Of a DNA stretch of 64,000 bases, positions 29,864 through 40,600 are shown one piece after another. Location of the stretch: NCBI GenBank assembly GCA_965202805.1, contig OZ241869.1:1504001-1568000 (forward strand). The letters are read 5' to 3'. Source of the DNA: Longimicrobiales bacterium. Lineage in GTDB: Bacteria > Gemmatimonadota > Gemmatimonadetes > Longimicrobiales > Gaopeijiaceae. The position numbers and the translations under genes were made by a program. A model generated the notes under the pieces. It was not told where the DNA came from, did not search any database, and saw only the letters and a program-made list of their open reading frames with translations. Each line of letters starts with the position of its first letter. Positions within the stretch are counted from its first letter, which is position 1.

Positions 29864-31711
29864 CTAGAACAGGTCGGAGGGATCGGGCTCCGCGCCCCGG
29901 TCCTCGTAGCGATTGGGGATGTGGTCCCCGGTGACCATGTCCTGGTAGGAGAGCCCCGGTCCGACCATCGGATACACGTGCGCCTCCGGATCGATGACGA
30001 CTTCCAGGAAGGCCGGGCCGGGGAAGTTCAGGAACTCCTTCACCACCCGGGGCACGTCCTCCTTGCGATCGAGGCGCTCCGCGTACTCGAAGCCGTCCGC
30101 CTGCGCCGCCAGCACGAAGTTCTTCTTGCGCAGCGATTTGTCGCTCGCCGACAGGCGCCCCTTGAAGAAGAGGCGCTGCCACTGCATCACCATGCCGTCG
30201 CCGAAGTTGTTCAGCACCATGACCTTGACGGGCAGGTCGTAGGAGGTGGCGGTCTCGAACTCCCCCAGGTTCATGCGGATGCTGGCGTCTCCGTCGACGT
30301 CGATGACCAGCTTGTCCGGGCGCGCGAACTGGGCCCCGATGGCGGCGGGCAACCCGAATCCCATCGTGCCCATGCTCCCCGAGGTCAGCCACAGCCGCGG
30401 CTCGCTGAAGTCGCAGTACTGGGCGGCCCACATCTGGTGCTGCCCCACGCCGGTGGAGATGATCGCGTTGCCGCGGGTGATGCGGTTCATGACCTCCATG
30501 ACGTAGTACGGCTGGATGAGCGAGCTCTCGCGGTCGTAGTCGAGGGCGTAGTCGCGCTTGAGCGCGGCGACCTCGGCGTGCCACTCGGAGAAGTCGGCAC
30601 GGAAGCCGATGGAGTGCCCGTATTCCACCAGGGCGTCGAGCGCCTCAGGGAGCATGCCGGTGTAGTGCCAGTCCGCCGGCTTGACCTTGTGGATCTCCGA
30701 CGGATCGATGTCGAAGTGGATGACGCGCCGGGCCTTGGCCGCGAACTTCGCCGGCACCCCGGCCACGCGATCGTCGAAGCGCGCTCCCATCGCGATGAGC
30801 AGGTCGCAGTCGTCCACCGCGTAGTTGGCGAACGCGGTGCCGTGCATCCCCAGCATGTGCAGGCAGAGCGGCGCGGTGGTGTCGAAGCTGCCCAGCCCCA
30901 TCAGCGTGGTCACGCCCGGGATGCCGAAGTCGTTGGCCAGCCGGCGCAGCGGCTCCGAGGCGTTCCCGTTGACCACCCCGCCGCCGGCGTAGATGAGCGG
31001 GCGGCGGCTCTCTCCCAGCATGTCGAAGAACTCGCCGCACCGATCGCGGCTCAGCCTGCGCGCGCGCAGGGCGTTCAGGCGACGCCGGTACCCGGTGATG
31101 GGCAGGCGCCCCTCCCCCTGGAAGGTCCCGGTCCAGTTCTGTATGTCCTTGGGCACGTCCACCACCACCGGACCGGGCCGGCCGGTGCGCGCGATCTCGA
31201 AGGCCGTGCGCATGGTGGCCTCGAGCTGCTCGGGCTTCGTCACCAGGAAGACGTGCTTGGCCACCGGGCCCATGACGGCGGTGACCGGGGCCTCCTGGAA
31301 GGCGTCGGTGCCGATGGCGGCCGTGGGGACCTGGCCGCAGATCACCACGATGGGGACCGAGTCGGCCATGCAGTCGCGCACCGGGGTCACGCAGTTGGTG
31401 GCGCCGGGCCCGGAGGTCACCAGCACGCATCCCACCTTGCCGCTCGCGCGCGCGTAGCCGGCCGCCATGAAGCCGGCGCCCTGTTCGTTGGCGGGCACGA
31501 TGAGCGGCATCGGCTCCACGCCATCGACGGCGTGGTCCTGGTTGTAGCGGAAGACCGCGTCGTAGGTGGGCAGGATCGCCCCTCCGCTGTAGCCGAAGAT
31601 GGTGTCGATTCCCTCGTCGGCCAGAACCTGGACGATCATGTCGGCTCCGCTCATGACCCGGCCCGCGAGCGGGTGCGCGGGCGCATCGCGAAGCGCGGTG
31701 CTGGTTGTCAT
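29864..31711 (-). CDS. ilvB: Acetolactate synthase large subunit
   Basis: EQGAGFMA, TSGPGATN, GTDAFQE, GARFDDRV, GVGQHQMW, DGDAS...NN. Confidence 0.95.
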   Translation of the reverse strand: MTTSTALRDAPAHPLAGRVMSGADMIVQVLADEGIDTIFGYSGGAILPTYDAVFRYNQDHAVDGVEPMPLIVPANEQGAGFMAAGYARASGKVGCVLVTSGPGATNCVTPVRDCMADSVPIVVICGQVPTAAIGTDAFQEAPVTAVMGPVAKHVFLVTKPEQLEATMRTAFEIARTGRPGPVVVDVPKDIQNWTGTFQGEGRLPITGYRRRLNALRARRLSRDRCGEFFDMLGESRRPLIYAGGGVVNGNASEPLRRLANDFGIPGVTTLMGLGSFDTTAPLCLHMLGMHGTAFANYAVDDCDLLIAMGARFDDRVAGVPAKFAAKARRVIHFDIDPSEIHKVKPADWHYTGMLPEALDALVEYGHSIGFRADFSEWHAEVAALKRDYALDYDRESSLIQPYYVMEVMNRITRGNAIISTGVGQHQMWAAQYCDFSEPRLWLTSGSMGTMGFGLPAAIGAQFARPDKLVIDVDGDASIRMNLGEFETATSYDLPVKVMVLNNFGDGMVMQWQRLFFKGRLSASDKSLRKKNFVLAAQADGFEYAERLDRKEDVPRVVKEFLNFPGPAFLEVVIDPEAHVYPMVGPGLSYQDMVTGDHIPNRYEDRGAEPDPSDLF

Positions 31712-31896
31712 GGAAACGCCTCTCGTGACGGGCACGGAATGGGTTGAGCGCCGGGGTGAAAGGTCGGACGAAGGCGCCCGCATGGCAAAACACGCGCAGG
31801 CACGCTGCATATCTTGCGATGCCCGCGCCATCCCGCAAGCTTGTACGGCCACGCGCGGCCCCCCTGGACCGCCATGCGCCGCATCCCCGGACCGCC

Positions 31897-32394
31897 ATGC
31901 GACACACCATATCCATATTGCTCCAGAACGAGGCGGGCGCGCTCTCGCGCGTCACCGACATGTTCTCGACCCGGGGCTTCAACATCGAGAGCCTCAACGT
32001 CGCGCCGACGAAGGACTACGCCGTCTCCCGCCTGACGCTGGTCACCAACGGCTCCGACCAGACCCTCGAGCAGATCATGAAGCAGCTGAGCAAGCTCATC
32101 GATGTGGTCGACCTGCGGAACATGACCACCCGCGACCACATCGTGCGCGAACTGGTGCTCTTCAAGCTGCGCCTGACCACCGGCACCCGAGCCCAGCTGG
32201 ACGAGATGGTGGCGGAGTTCGGGGGGTCCATCCTCGACGAGCACGAAGGGCACTATACCGTCGAGATCACCAGCAGCGGCCCGCGGATCGACGGCTTCCT
32301 GGAGAGCGCGGAGCGGATCGCCGAGACGGACGCGCTGGTGCGCAGCGGCGCGATGGCGGTCTCCCGCGGTGCGCCGATCACCTGGCGGGGCTGA
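31897..32394 (+). CDS. ilvN: Acetolactate synthase small (regulatory) subunit
   Basis: MRHTISILLQNEAGALSRV...RGFNIESLNV...KQLSKLIDV...RELVLFK. Confidence 0.95.
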   Translation: MRHTISILLQNEAGALSRVTDMFSTRGFNIESLNVAPTKDYAVSRLTLVTNGSDQTLEQIMKQLSKLIDVVDLRNMTTRDHIVRELVLFKLRLTTGTRAQLDEMVAEFGGSILDEHEGHYTVEITSSGPRIDGFLESAERIAETDALVRSGAMAVSRGAPITWRG

Positions 32395-32492
32395 GGCCGG
32401 GGCGGCGCTCTGCAACGCCGCCATGAGCCCGAGCCTCCGGCAGGCTGACCCGCAGGTGTGACGGACCCGGCGCGAGCTTCGCGACCGGGGGC

Positions 32493-35342
32493 TCAGCCGG
32501 CTCCGGGCGAGCGTCCTTCTTCCTCCTCGGAAATCGCCCGTACGCGGGTAAGCTCCAGCCCCAGCGTCCTGCCCTTCATGATCGCCGGCACCCCTTCTTC
32601 CATCCACACCGGAGCGGGCGCGCCCTTCAGGTAGTGGTCGAAGAACTGCTGCATGCGGATCGCCCAGTCCTTCTGGTTGTGCCGTTGCCTGAGGCCGTGC
32701 GCCTCGCCGTTGTAGTTGAGCATCCACACCGGCTTGCCCAGGCGGCGGAGCGCCACGAACAACTCGATCCCCTGATACCACGGCACCGCCCCGTCCTCGT
32801 CGTTGTGCAGCATGAGGATGGGCGTGTTGATCTTGTCGGCGGTGAAGATGGGCGAGTTCTCGATGAAGCGCAGCGGATACTCCCAGAGCGAGCCCCCGAT
32901 GCGGCTCTGGCCGCGTTCGTACTGCACGGCGCGGCTGCGTCCCGACTGCCAGCGGATGCCCCCGTAGGCGCTGATCATGTTGGAGACCGGGGCGCCCGCC
33001 TCGGCCGCCGCGAACAGGTCGGTGCGCGTCACCATGTAGGCGATCTGGTAGCCGCCCCATGAATGTCCCTGCACGCCGATGCGGTTCGCGTCCACGAACC
33101 CCGCCTCGACCAGCTCGAGGACGCCCGGGACCACCGCGTCGAGCGCGCTCTCGCCCGGATAGCCGTCCCGGTAGGGGATGTCGGGCACGAAGAGCAGGTA
33201 GCCGCGGCTGACGTAGAAGCTGCGGTTGATGGAGGAGCTTCCCGGCGCGGGCGCGGCGTAGCCGTGCAGGCCGTCCGAGGAGCGCTCGTAGAAGTACACC
33301 ATCATGGGGTGCTGCTCCGACGGGTCGAATCCTTCCGGCTTGTAGAGGATGCCCTGGAGGGGGATGCCGTCCATGGAAGTCCACTCCACGATTTCGGCGG
33401 TGCCCCACAGGTAGTCGGACTGCTGCGGGTTGGCGTCGGTGACCTTGCGCCCGTCGTCGAGGGCCGGGCCCGCCACCCACAGGTCCGGGAATTCCTCGAA
33501 GGTGGAGCGGGTGTAGGCAAAGACCTCCGCGTTCTGCGCCCGGAACAGGCCGGCGTAGCGGGCGTCGCCGGCGATGAGCTGCTCGGGTGCGGCGCCGGCG
33601 TCGAAGTCGCCCCGCCACAGCCCGGACGACTTGTCGTACAGGTGGAAGGAGGAGAGGTACACTTCGCCGGAGGGAACCGCCGGGTCGGCCGTGTCGAGGT
33701 CGACGTAGCGGAAGCGGGTGTCGGACGCGCGCCCGGCGCCCCGGGTGAGGTTGCGGGGGGCGGCGCGGCCGGTGGGGTCGACCGCCCAGATGTCGTAGCG
33801 GTCGTAGACCAGGAAGGCGGCATCGTCCTCCGTCCATCCGGCCGTTCCGTACGAGCGGGCCAGATCGGGACGGTCGTCCAGCACGTTGTAGAAGCCCGCG
33901 TCGATGCTGCCCGTCAGGTCGATCTCCTCCCCGCTGCCGGTGTCGATGGCGACCCAGATGCGGCGGACTCCGTCCCACCGGGTGATGTAGCCGCCGCCCG
34001 GCGAGAGCGTCCCCTGTCCCCGCACCCGCTCGGCCACCTGCCGCCGCGAGCCGTCCGCCACGTCGATGGTGTAGAGGTCCACGTAGCTGGCGTCCCACGA
34101 CACCAGCTGCCGGTAGGGAAGGTCGCTCCTCCCCATCGCGACCGCGCCGTCGCCGTCGTCGGCCACGGTGACGTCGGGCACCTCGGTGGTGGCGAGCTGC
34201 GCCGCGCGGCCGCTCCCGAGGTCGAGCACCGCCTGGTAGCTGCGCTCCAGCTCGTCCTCAAGCTGCACCAGCTGCATGGGTTGCAGCAGCGGGTCCTTCC
34301 AGTTCCAGATGTCGACCTGGACGCGCTCGTCCTCGGGGGTGTCGTCCTCGGGATCCGGAAGGGGCCGGGGCGCACTGTGGAAGAGGACGCGCGCGCCCGA
34401 ACCGGAGAACGACACCTCGCCGTGCTCGCTCGGGGCCCAGTCGGCGGGGAGTGCTTCCGCGCCCGGCGCCACCCGGGAGGTGGCCGTTCCCTCGCGCGCG
34501 GCGTACAGCGCGAAGGCGGGCGCCCCGGCCCCGCGGTCGTCCCGGTCGGTCAGGAAGGCGACCGCGCCGTCGTCGGCGACGGCGAGCCGCAGGTAGCGGC
34601 CTTCCCCGCCGGTGACTGTCTCCGCCCCGCCGTCCGGTCCGACGCGGAAGACGCCGTCGGCGGCGCCGTCCTCACCGGACGCCGTGTAGTAGAGCGCGCC
34701 GCCGCTGCCGGAGAAGGCGTAACTCACCGCGTGGTCGAAGCGGCGCTCCTGTCCGGTTGCGAGGTCGCGCACCACCAGGGTGGTTCCGTCTTCCAGGCGG
34801 GGCGGCCCTTCACCTCCATCGTCCTCTTCCGCCCCTGCGGCTTCCTCGGCCTCTTCCTCTTCCTCGCCGCCGTCCGCGGACTCCTCCATCAGGTACGCCA
34901 TCCACGAGCCGTCTTCGCCGGGCAGGCGGAAGGACCGGACCTCCGCAACGCGCGTCTCCGACAGGTCGGACAGGTTCAGGATCAGCAGCGAGTCACCGGG
35001 CGCGTCACGCGAGCCTCCGGCACGTGCCGCGTCGACAGCCGCCTCGGCAGGCTCGACCAGCGCGACCAGGAAGCGGGTGTCGGCGGTGAAGCCCGGATCC
35101 GCCCCCCTGGGAACGGTCACCCGGCGCCCGTCCTCCAGGCTCTCCACCACCAGCGTGGCGTCGCCGTCCCCGGGCACGAGCCGGTAGACGAGCCAGCGGC
35201 CGTCCCGGGAAAAGTCCTCGTCCTGGATCTGCTTCCAGATCGCGTAGGCGTCGTGGTCGAGAGGAGCCTTCTGCTGTGCCGAGAGTCCCGGGGACGCGCC
35301 AACCAGGATGGCAAGAGCCAGTAACCAACGGATCGTCTTCAT
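32493..35342 (-). CDS. Exported S9 (prolyl oligopeptidase family) peptidase
   Basis: Signal peptide; GHSWGGY, DGAVP, GEAHGL. Confidence 0.92.
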   Translation of the reverse strand: MKTIRWLLALAILVGASPGLSAQQKAPLDHDAYAIWKQIQDEDFSRDGRWLVYRLVPGDGDATLVVESLEDGRRVTVPRGADPGFTADTRFLVALVEPAEAAVDAARAGGSRDAPGDSLLILNLSDLSETRVAEVRSFRLPGEDGSWMAYLMEESADGGEEEEEAEEAAGAEEDDGGEGPPRLEDGTTLVVRDLATGQERRFDHAVSYAFSGSGGALYYTASGEDGAADGVFRVGPDGGAETVTGGEGRYLRLAVADDGAVAFLTDRDDRGAGAPAFALYAAREGTATSRVAPGAEALPADWAPSEHGEVSFSGSGARVLFHSAPRPLPDPEDDTPEDERVQVDIWNWKDPLLQPMQLVQLEDELERSYQAVLDLGSGRAAQLATTEVPDVTVADDGDGAVAMGRSDLPYRQLVSWDASYVDLYTIDVADGSRRQVAERVRGQGTLSPGGGYITRWDGVRRIWVAIDTGSGEEIDLTGSIDAGFYNVLDDRPDLARSYGTAGWTEDDAAFLVYDRYDIWAVDPTGRAAPRNLTRGAGRASDTRFRYVDLDTADPAVPSGEVYLSSFHLYDKSSGLWRGDFDAGAAPEQLIAGDARYAGLFRAQNAEVFAYTRSTFEEFPDLWVAGPALDDGRKVTDANPQQSDYLWGTAEIVEWTSMDGIPLQGILYKPEGFDPSEQHPMMVYFYERSSDGLHGYAAPAPGSSSINRSFYVSRGYLLFVPDIPYRDGYPGESALDAVVPGVLELVEAGFVDANRIGVQGHSWGGYQIAYMVTRTDLFAAAEAGAPVSNMISAYGGIRWQSGRSRAVQYERGQSRIGGSLWEYPLRFIENSPIFTADKINTPILMLHNDEDGAVPWYQGIELFVALRRLGKPVWMLNYNGEAHGLRQRHNQKDWAIRMQQFFDHYLKGAPAPVWMEEGVPAIMKGRTLGLELTRVRAISEEEEGRSPGAG

Positions 35343-35743
35343 GACCCACCTGCTGCCGGAGAGATGTACGCGAAGCGAGGAATGCGCGGACGGCAACGGT
35401 AGACGACCGCGAAGAGCAGGGCAACGCCGCCCACGGACTGCTCCGCCCCCAATCCCGCCCGGCCCTCTGCGAACACCCGCGGCACGCGGGCGCCTTCGCG
35501 CCCGGCAAACCGCAAGGGCGAAAGGCTATCCACCGACCTTCGCCCTGGCGCCCGCGGTCCAACACCGACGAGGCACGGGCGCCGAGCATTCCGCACCTCT
35601 GCGATTGACAGAGTCCCGGGCTCGGCATCAGTGTGAAGCTCTCTGGACGGACCGGAGCGAAATCCGCCGAATCCTGTGGGCGCGAGCCGCCGAACCCAGG
35701 CATCGGATGGAGTCAATCGGAACGACAACCTGCGGAGGACACC

Positions 35744-36913
35744 ATGCGTGATTTCCGGATCCTCGCCACGACGCTCGTGCTACTCGCGATTCCCCTTCCC
35801 CTGCGCGCGCAGGCGGTCCCGGACATCGCCGAGCCCTTCAAGGTCGGCACCTTCGAGATCGGGGGCACACCCACGGTGTCGCTGGTTCTTCGCGACCAGC
35901 TCATCGTCGAGGTCGACGCCGCTAACACCGCCCTCCAGCGCGATCCCTACTACGCCCGCGTGCAGGCCCCGGGCGATATGCTGGAGCTGATCGAGCGCTA
36001 CGAGTACGGCCTCCAGCGTCGCCTCTACGAGGTTGTCAACCACCTGGTCGAGAACGACATGCTGGGCGCGAACCGCCCGTCCTGGGTGCACGATCTCGGG
36101 GACGTGCGCACCCTCCCGCCCATCCTTTACCCGGGCAAGATCCTCAACGCCGCGGTCAACTTCTACAGCCACGTCAACGAGACCGGCACCGAGGAGGAGC
36201 GTGCCGAGGCCCGGCGGCAGCGGCGCGAGAACCGCGGCGTGCCCTATCTCTTCCTTAAGCCGAGCAAGGGCGCGGTCATCGGCGACGGTGGCGAGGTGGT
36301 GCTTCCCTACGGGCGCGACCGCATCGACTGGGAGGTCGAGCTGGGCGCGGTAATCGGCCGGTCCGCCAAGTACGTCTCCGCGAACGACGCCGAGGCCTAC
36401 GTGTTCGGCTATCTGGTGTCGCTCGACATCTCCGACCGCGGCGGGCGTCCGCCGGGCGGCAACCCCATGACCTCCGACTGGTTCGTGGGCAAGGGCCACG
36501 ACACGTTCGCGCCCCAGGGGCCCTGGATCGTGCCGAAGGAATTCTACGGCAACCCGATGGAGATCCTGCGCCAGACGCTCGACGTCGGCGACGAGCGCAT
36601 GCAGGAGGCCACCGCCGGCGACATGATCCACTCCCTCTGGGAACTGATCGAGTACGGCTCCTCCATCATCACCCTTTTCCCCGGCGACGTCGTCAACAAC
36701 GGCACCTCCGGGGGTGTCGGCATGGGCACGGCGGTTCGGGGCGCACAGCGCTTCCTGCAGCCCGGCGAGCAGATTTCCGCCTCCATCGACGGAATCGGCA
36801 CACTGAACCTGTCGGTGGTGAGCGAGCCCGCGCCGACTGGGCTCACGGGCGCGCACCTGCCGCCCGTGCGGACCTATCGGGGGCCGCCTCCGGGGGGAAC
36901 TGACGGGCCGTAG
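35744..36913 (+). CDS. Fumarylacetoacetate hydrolase-family protein with signal peptide
   Basis: PYLFLK, DWEVELG, DISDR, GKGHDTFAPQGP, GDVVNNGT; N-terminal Sec signal. Confidence 0.85.
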   Translation: MRDFRILATTLVLLAIPLPLRAQAVPDIAEPFKVGTFEIGGTPTVSLVLRDQLIVEVDAANTALQRDPYYARVQAPGDMLELIERYEYGLQRRLYEVVNHLVENDMLGANRPSWVHDLGDVRTLPPILYPGKILNAAVNFYSHVNETGTEEERAEARRQRRENRGVPYLFLKPSKGAVIGDGGEVVLPYGRDRIDWEVELGAVIGRSAKYVSANDAEAYVFGYLVSLDISDRGGRPPGGNPMTSDWFVGKGHDTFAPQGPWIVPKEFYGNPMEILRQTLDVGDERMQEATAGDMIHSLWELIEYGSSIITLFPGDVVNNGTSGGVGMGTAVRGAQRFLQPGEQISASIDGIGTLNLSVVSEPAPTGLTGAHLPPVRTYRGPPPGGTDGP

Positions 36914-36935
36914 CAGGGGGAACGCCTCGGGATCC

Positions 36936-36960
36936 TGGTAGGGGGGGCTCCTCCTTACCA
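36936..36960 (+). terminator. Hairpin after the FAH gene (possible terminator)
   Basis: tggtagggggg-gctc-ctccttacca stem-loop with G-U pairs; no strong U-tract. Confidence 0.4.
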
Positions 36961-36980
36961 AGGTGACATGTTGTACCTTG

Positions 36981-37055
36981 GGTGTCCGGTTCGATACGCT
37001 CGCTCAGGCCGCGAAGGTGCTGGGTCTCAATCTGAGGGTCGATCTGGTCGGGTAG
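36981..37055 (+). pseudogene. 3' remnant of an XRE-HTH antitoxin
   Basis: Translates GVRFDTLAQAAKVLGLNLRVDLVG*; lacks the HTH N-terminus; preceded by palindrome CCAAGGT-N10-ACCTTGG. Confidence 0.5.
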
Positions 37056-37141
37056 GCTCGGCTGGAGAGAAGAGCCGCCCAATGAGGTCCCGGTCGGGCG
37101 CACGCCGGGTCGGATTCATCACACCAACGGGGCGTGGGGTC

Positions 37142-37345
37142 ATGAAGCTCACAATCGTTGTCCATGAGGCAGAGGAAGGCGGCTATTGGGCTGAAGTGCC
37201 GGCCATCCGTGGATGCGTCTCCCAAGCCGAGTCGCTTGATGAGTTGCTTGATAACCTGAGAGAAGCGATCGAAGGATGCCTCTCTGTTGATGCCTCGGAT
37301 GTTCCGGTCTCGGACACCGACAGAATCATCGAGATCGCTGTTTGA
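37142..37345 (+). CDS. hicB: HicB-family antitoxin (short, no DNA-binding domain)
   Basis: EEGGYWAEVPAIRGCVSQAESLDELLDNLREAI. Confidence 0.9.
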   Translation: MKLTIVVHEAEEGGYWAEVPAIRGCVSQAESLDELLDNLREAIEGCLSVDASDVPVSDTDRIIEIAV

Positions 37346-37548
37346 AGACGGTAAGCGGCAAAGCCTTTTGCCGACTGCTTGAGTCCCAGGGCTGGAGGCT
37401 GAGAAGAATCCGTGGAAGCCATCACATCTACACGAAGGACGGAGTAGCCGCACGGATTTCGATTCCCGTTCACGGGAACGCCGACCTCAAGCGGGGACTG
37501 CAAAGACACCTGATGAGAATCGCCGACGTGAGTGATTCGGATCTGTAG
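37342..37548 (+). CDS. hicA: HicA-family toxin
   Basis: GWRLRRIRGSHHIY...IPVHGNADLKRG; TTGA overlap with hicB. Confidence 0.92.
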   Translation: MKTVSGKAFCRLLESQGWRLRRIRGSHHIYTKDGVAARISIPVHGNADLKRGLQRHLMRIADVSDSDL

Positions 37549-37631
37549 ACCGAATCACACAAAGCGGAGGTTGCTCGCCGCAGCACGCAGGCGCAGCGGA
37601 TGGATCCGGCGCGATGGGAAGGGCATGGGCT

Positions 37632-40600
37632 TCACTTGTCTTCTGGCTCGGATCGAAGAGTGTCCGCAGCGGATCGGTCGGTTTCACTGTCCTTCGGTAG
37701 CGCATATTCGACGATTGCACCACCCTGGCTAACGAGCCGGAGCCGTTCACCCGGACCCGGTTCGCGCGGGTTCGGAAGCCAGTAGCACGCTGGCTGCTCG
37801 GTCAGCGTCCTCACTACGCGCAGGATGCGCCACCGCTCGTTTCTTCTCGGGGCAATGCGGGTTGCGGCGTTGAGTTCGCTCGACGGCAGTTCGAACCTGC
37901 GGCCCTCACCCTTCGTCGCCTTGACCTCGACACACCAAGTCACTTCGTCGCGCGTGAACCGAAAATCGTAACCGAGGCTGTCACTGGTAACGTCCCGCTC
38001 GGCGTCCAGCAGGGGCACGACCTTGGTTCTGGACTCGGAGACCCATGCGCTCTCGTTGATGCCGAACTTGGCCCGGAGGAAGCGGAAAGCGTGCATTTCT
38101 CCGACGATTCCCACGAGTCCGGGGAGGTCGGGCGGGCCATGCAGGTGCGAGGTCCTGGGTCTGCGCCGGCAGACCTCGCTGTCGTTGGATACGCTGGGTT
38201 GCGTTCCGCCGCCACCGTCTGGTTCCGGCGGTGGTGGACCGATCCCCTCGGCTTGCCTGGGGTCGGGGAGTTTCTCTAGTCGGGCAAAGAGTTCGCGGTA
38301 CGACACAGGCCCGCCGATTTCGAAAGGCTTCCCCGCGACCTCGACGGTTCTCTTGCCTCGCTCGTCCTCGTCAGTCTGCCGCTCACGCCTCTTCCTAATC
38401 CTCTCTAAGTCTTCATAAGTGATGCCGAGCGTGTCGCGCATTTTTTCAATCGTCGTACAATGCTTGACTTTAGCGTAGAAATCGCTGTCGGCGACCGCTA
38501 GCTTTGCGCGTTCGAGCAGGTCATGTTCCGGCCACTTGCGCAGGTACATGGAGTCGTCCAGCCGGACTTCGGGCACCTTTGCGCTTGACGGCGGCTCGGC
38601 TCCCTTGTTATCGAGCCAAGTCTCGTAGAGTTCAACCACCTCTTGGACAGCGTCGTCGAGACGCTTCTGATTGTCACGCGCCACGTCGAGCGGATCGGTT
38701 TTCAAGGCCACGCCTGTTCGCTCGAGTGCTGACCGGAATTCGGCGACGGTATTCGCGCGCTCGAAGACATCGGGATGCGGCCCGGCCTCGGAAACGCGCT
38801 CGCATCGTTCGCGCAGGACATCAAGCACCGCGCTAAACGGCACATCCCAGTGGTCCTGGGACCATTGGGTCCACAGCCGCGGCCATTCGGAATCCTTCTC
38901 AAGGCTCTCGTGGACCGCGTTGAGTCTGGAGAAGAGCTTACCCTGATCCACGGAGTCGTCGGCAGCCGATGTGGCGACATGCCGGGCCAAGGCGCGGAGC
39001 AATGGCGCGGCTTCATCCAGCCACCGCTTCGCCTGGGCTTCGGCTTGGGTGTTGCTGACCTGCTTGTACTTGCCGCCGAGCTCCGCCAAAGCCTTGTTCC
39101 ATTCCTTGAGTTCGGCGGCGTCACCCAGTACCCGCCACGTCCGATATCCCATCTCGGTGTCGTCCCAGCACTCCCTGGCGGTTGCCAACAGTTCCTCGGT
39201 GGGCCACTCGTCGATTTTGGCATTCTCCGACAGCCATCGGCTCAAACTGGAGGTGTCCTTTGCGGCGCCACCGAGACCGTCTTCGGAGATATCACGAAGC
39301 TGCAGCACCGGACGAATGCGGTGGGCGAGGGTGGATGGCTCGCCGTGCCAAAGATGCCGGATGTTGGCCACGGCCACGGCATCGATCTCCGCCCGGTCCA
39401 AGGCTGCCTCGATCTGGCCCCGGGTCGGTTGCGGACGGCCATTCAGGGCACCCAGCACGAGACGAAGATCCTTGAGGAGATCCTGCCGGTCGAGAATGGC
39501 CTGGGAAGCGGCCGCAATCTCGTCGTACAGTCCGCCGTGCGCGATGTCCCGGTGCAGGACGAGGATGCGATCCCGCGAAAGCCAGTGAGCTCGGGGCTGG
39601 CTGTATGCAACGCTCCGTCCCGCGTCCACAAGTTCTACTTGAATGAAGGCGCATTGCCGGACGCGCGCGCGGCGAAGTCGGGCGGCGGCTTGGCGCCACG
39701 CCTTCGTCGCGGGTCCCGCCGGGTTCCCGCCTCCGTGCGCGTGAAGGGCAAGCAGGACGACCGGAAGCCAGCCCAAGCCCGCCGCGTCGAGTGTCTGCGT
39801 CCCGTCCACCGTTTGGGTGCTCGAGGCATGGTCGATCCGGCAGTGTTCCTCCAGCCCGGCCGCCCGTCTCGCTCCTAGCTTCACGAGGCGGTCGCGGAGC
39901 GGCTTCTTCGACGCTTCCTCCGGTCGCATGGCGACGATCGGCTGGTCGTGTTCCCGCAGAAGCCGGGTTTTCCAACTGTGATCCGGAAGATAGACATCCT
40001 CGAGTTTCTCAGCCGTGCGCACAGTTAATGTGCGAGGCTTGGTGCGAATTATGAACCGCGTCGGAAGGTCACCCTCCAGGTCCAAGTGTCTCCATCCGTG
40101 GCGGACCTGGCCAAGGAGTACGTTGAACCGGCCCGCCGGCATTGCGTTGTGGTTGTGGGCGCCATGCGCCAGTCCCTCGGCGACATCGGCCAGTGTTTCC
40201 AGGAGAGCCGGTCCCGCTCGCGCTTCTTCAGTCGGATAGACGTTGAGTCCGAGTCTCTCCAGGGCCACAAGCACCTCCTCGTCTTTGCCCAGCTGCTGGA
40301 CCAACTGCAATGAGAGCGGCGACAGGTCGCGGAATTGGCCGCTCGGGCCTCGAAGAAGAGATCCGGGCACGAACCAGCGTTGGTGCAGCGGTTTGCGGTC
40401 TCGGAGTGCTCCCTGGTCACCGCCTGGGGCGTCAACGAGCCAGGGCAAAGTCGACAGCCAGTGTTGGAGCGGAGATGGGATCCGCTGTGCCCAGTACCAG
40501 TCCCCCCTTCTCAGTCTGATTCTGACTTTTCGCCAGCCGTCCTCCCATTGCGTGAGTGACGCGAGGACGAGTTGCGAAAGAGCCGCTCGAGCTGGGGCGT

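Noticed and set aside
35500..35560. c-di-GMP-I riboswitch (GGCAAACC...)
   Set aside because: The downstream GACGCAAAGC and P3 consensus are missing.
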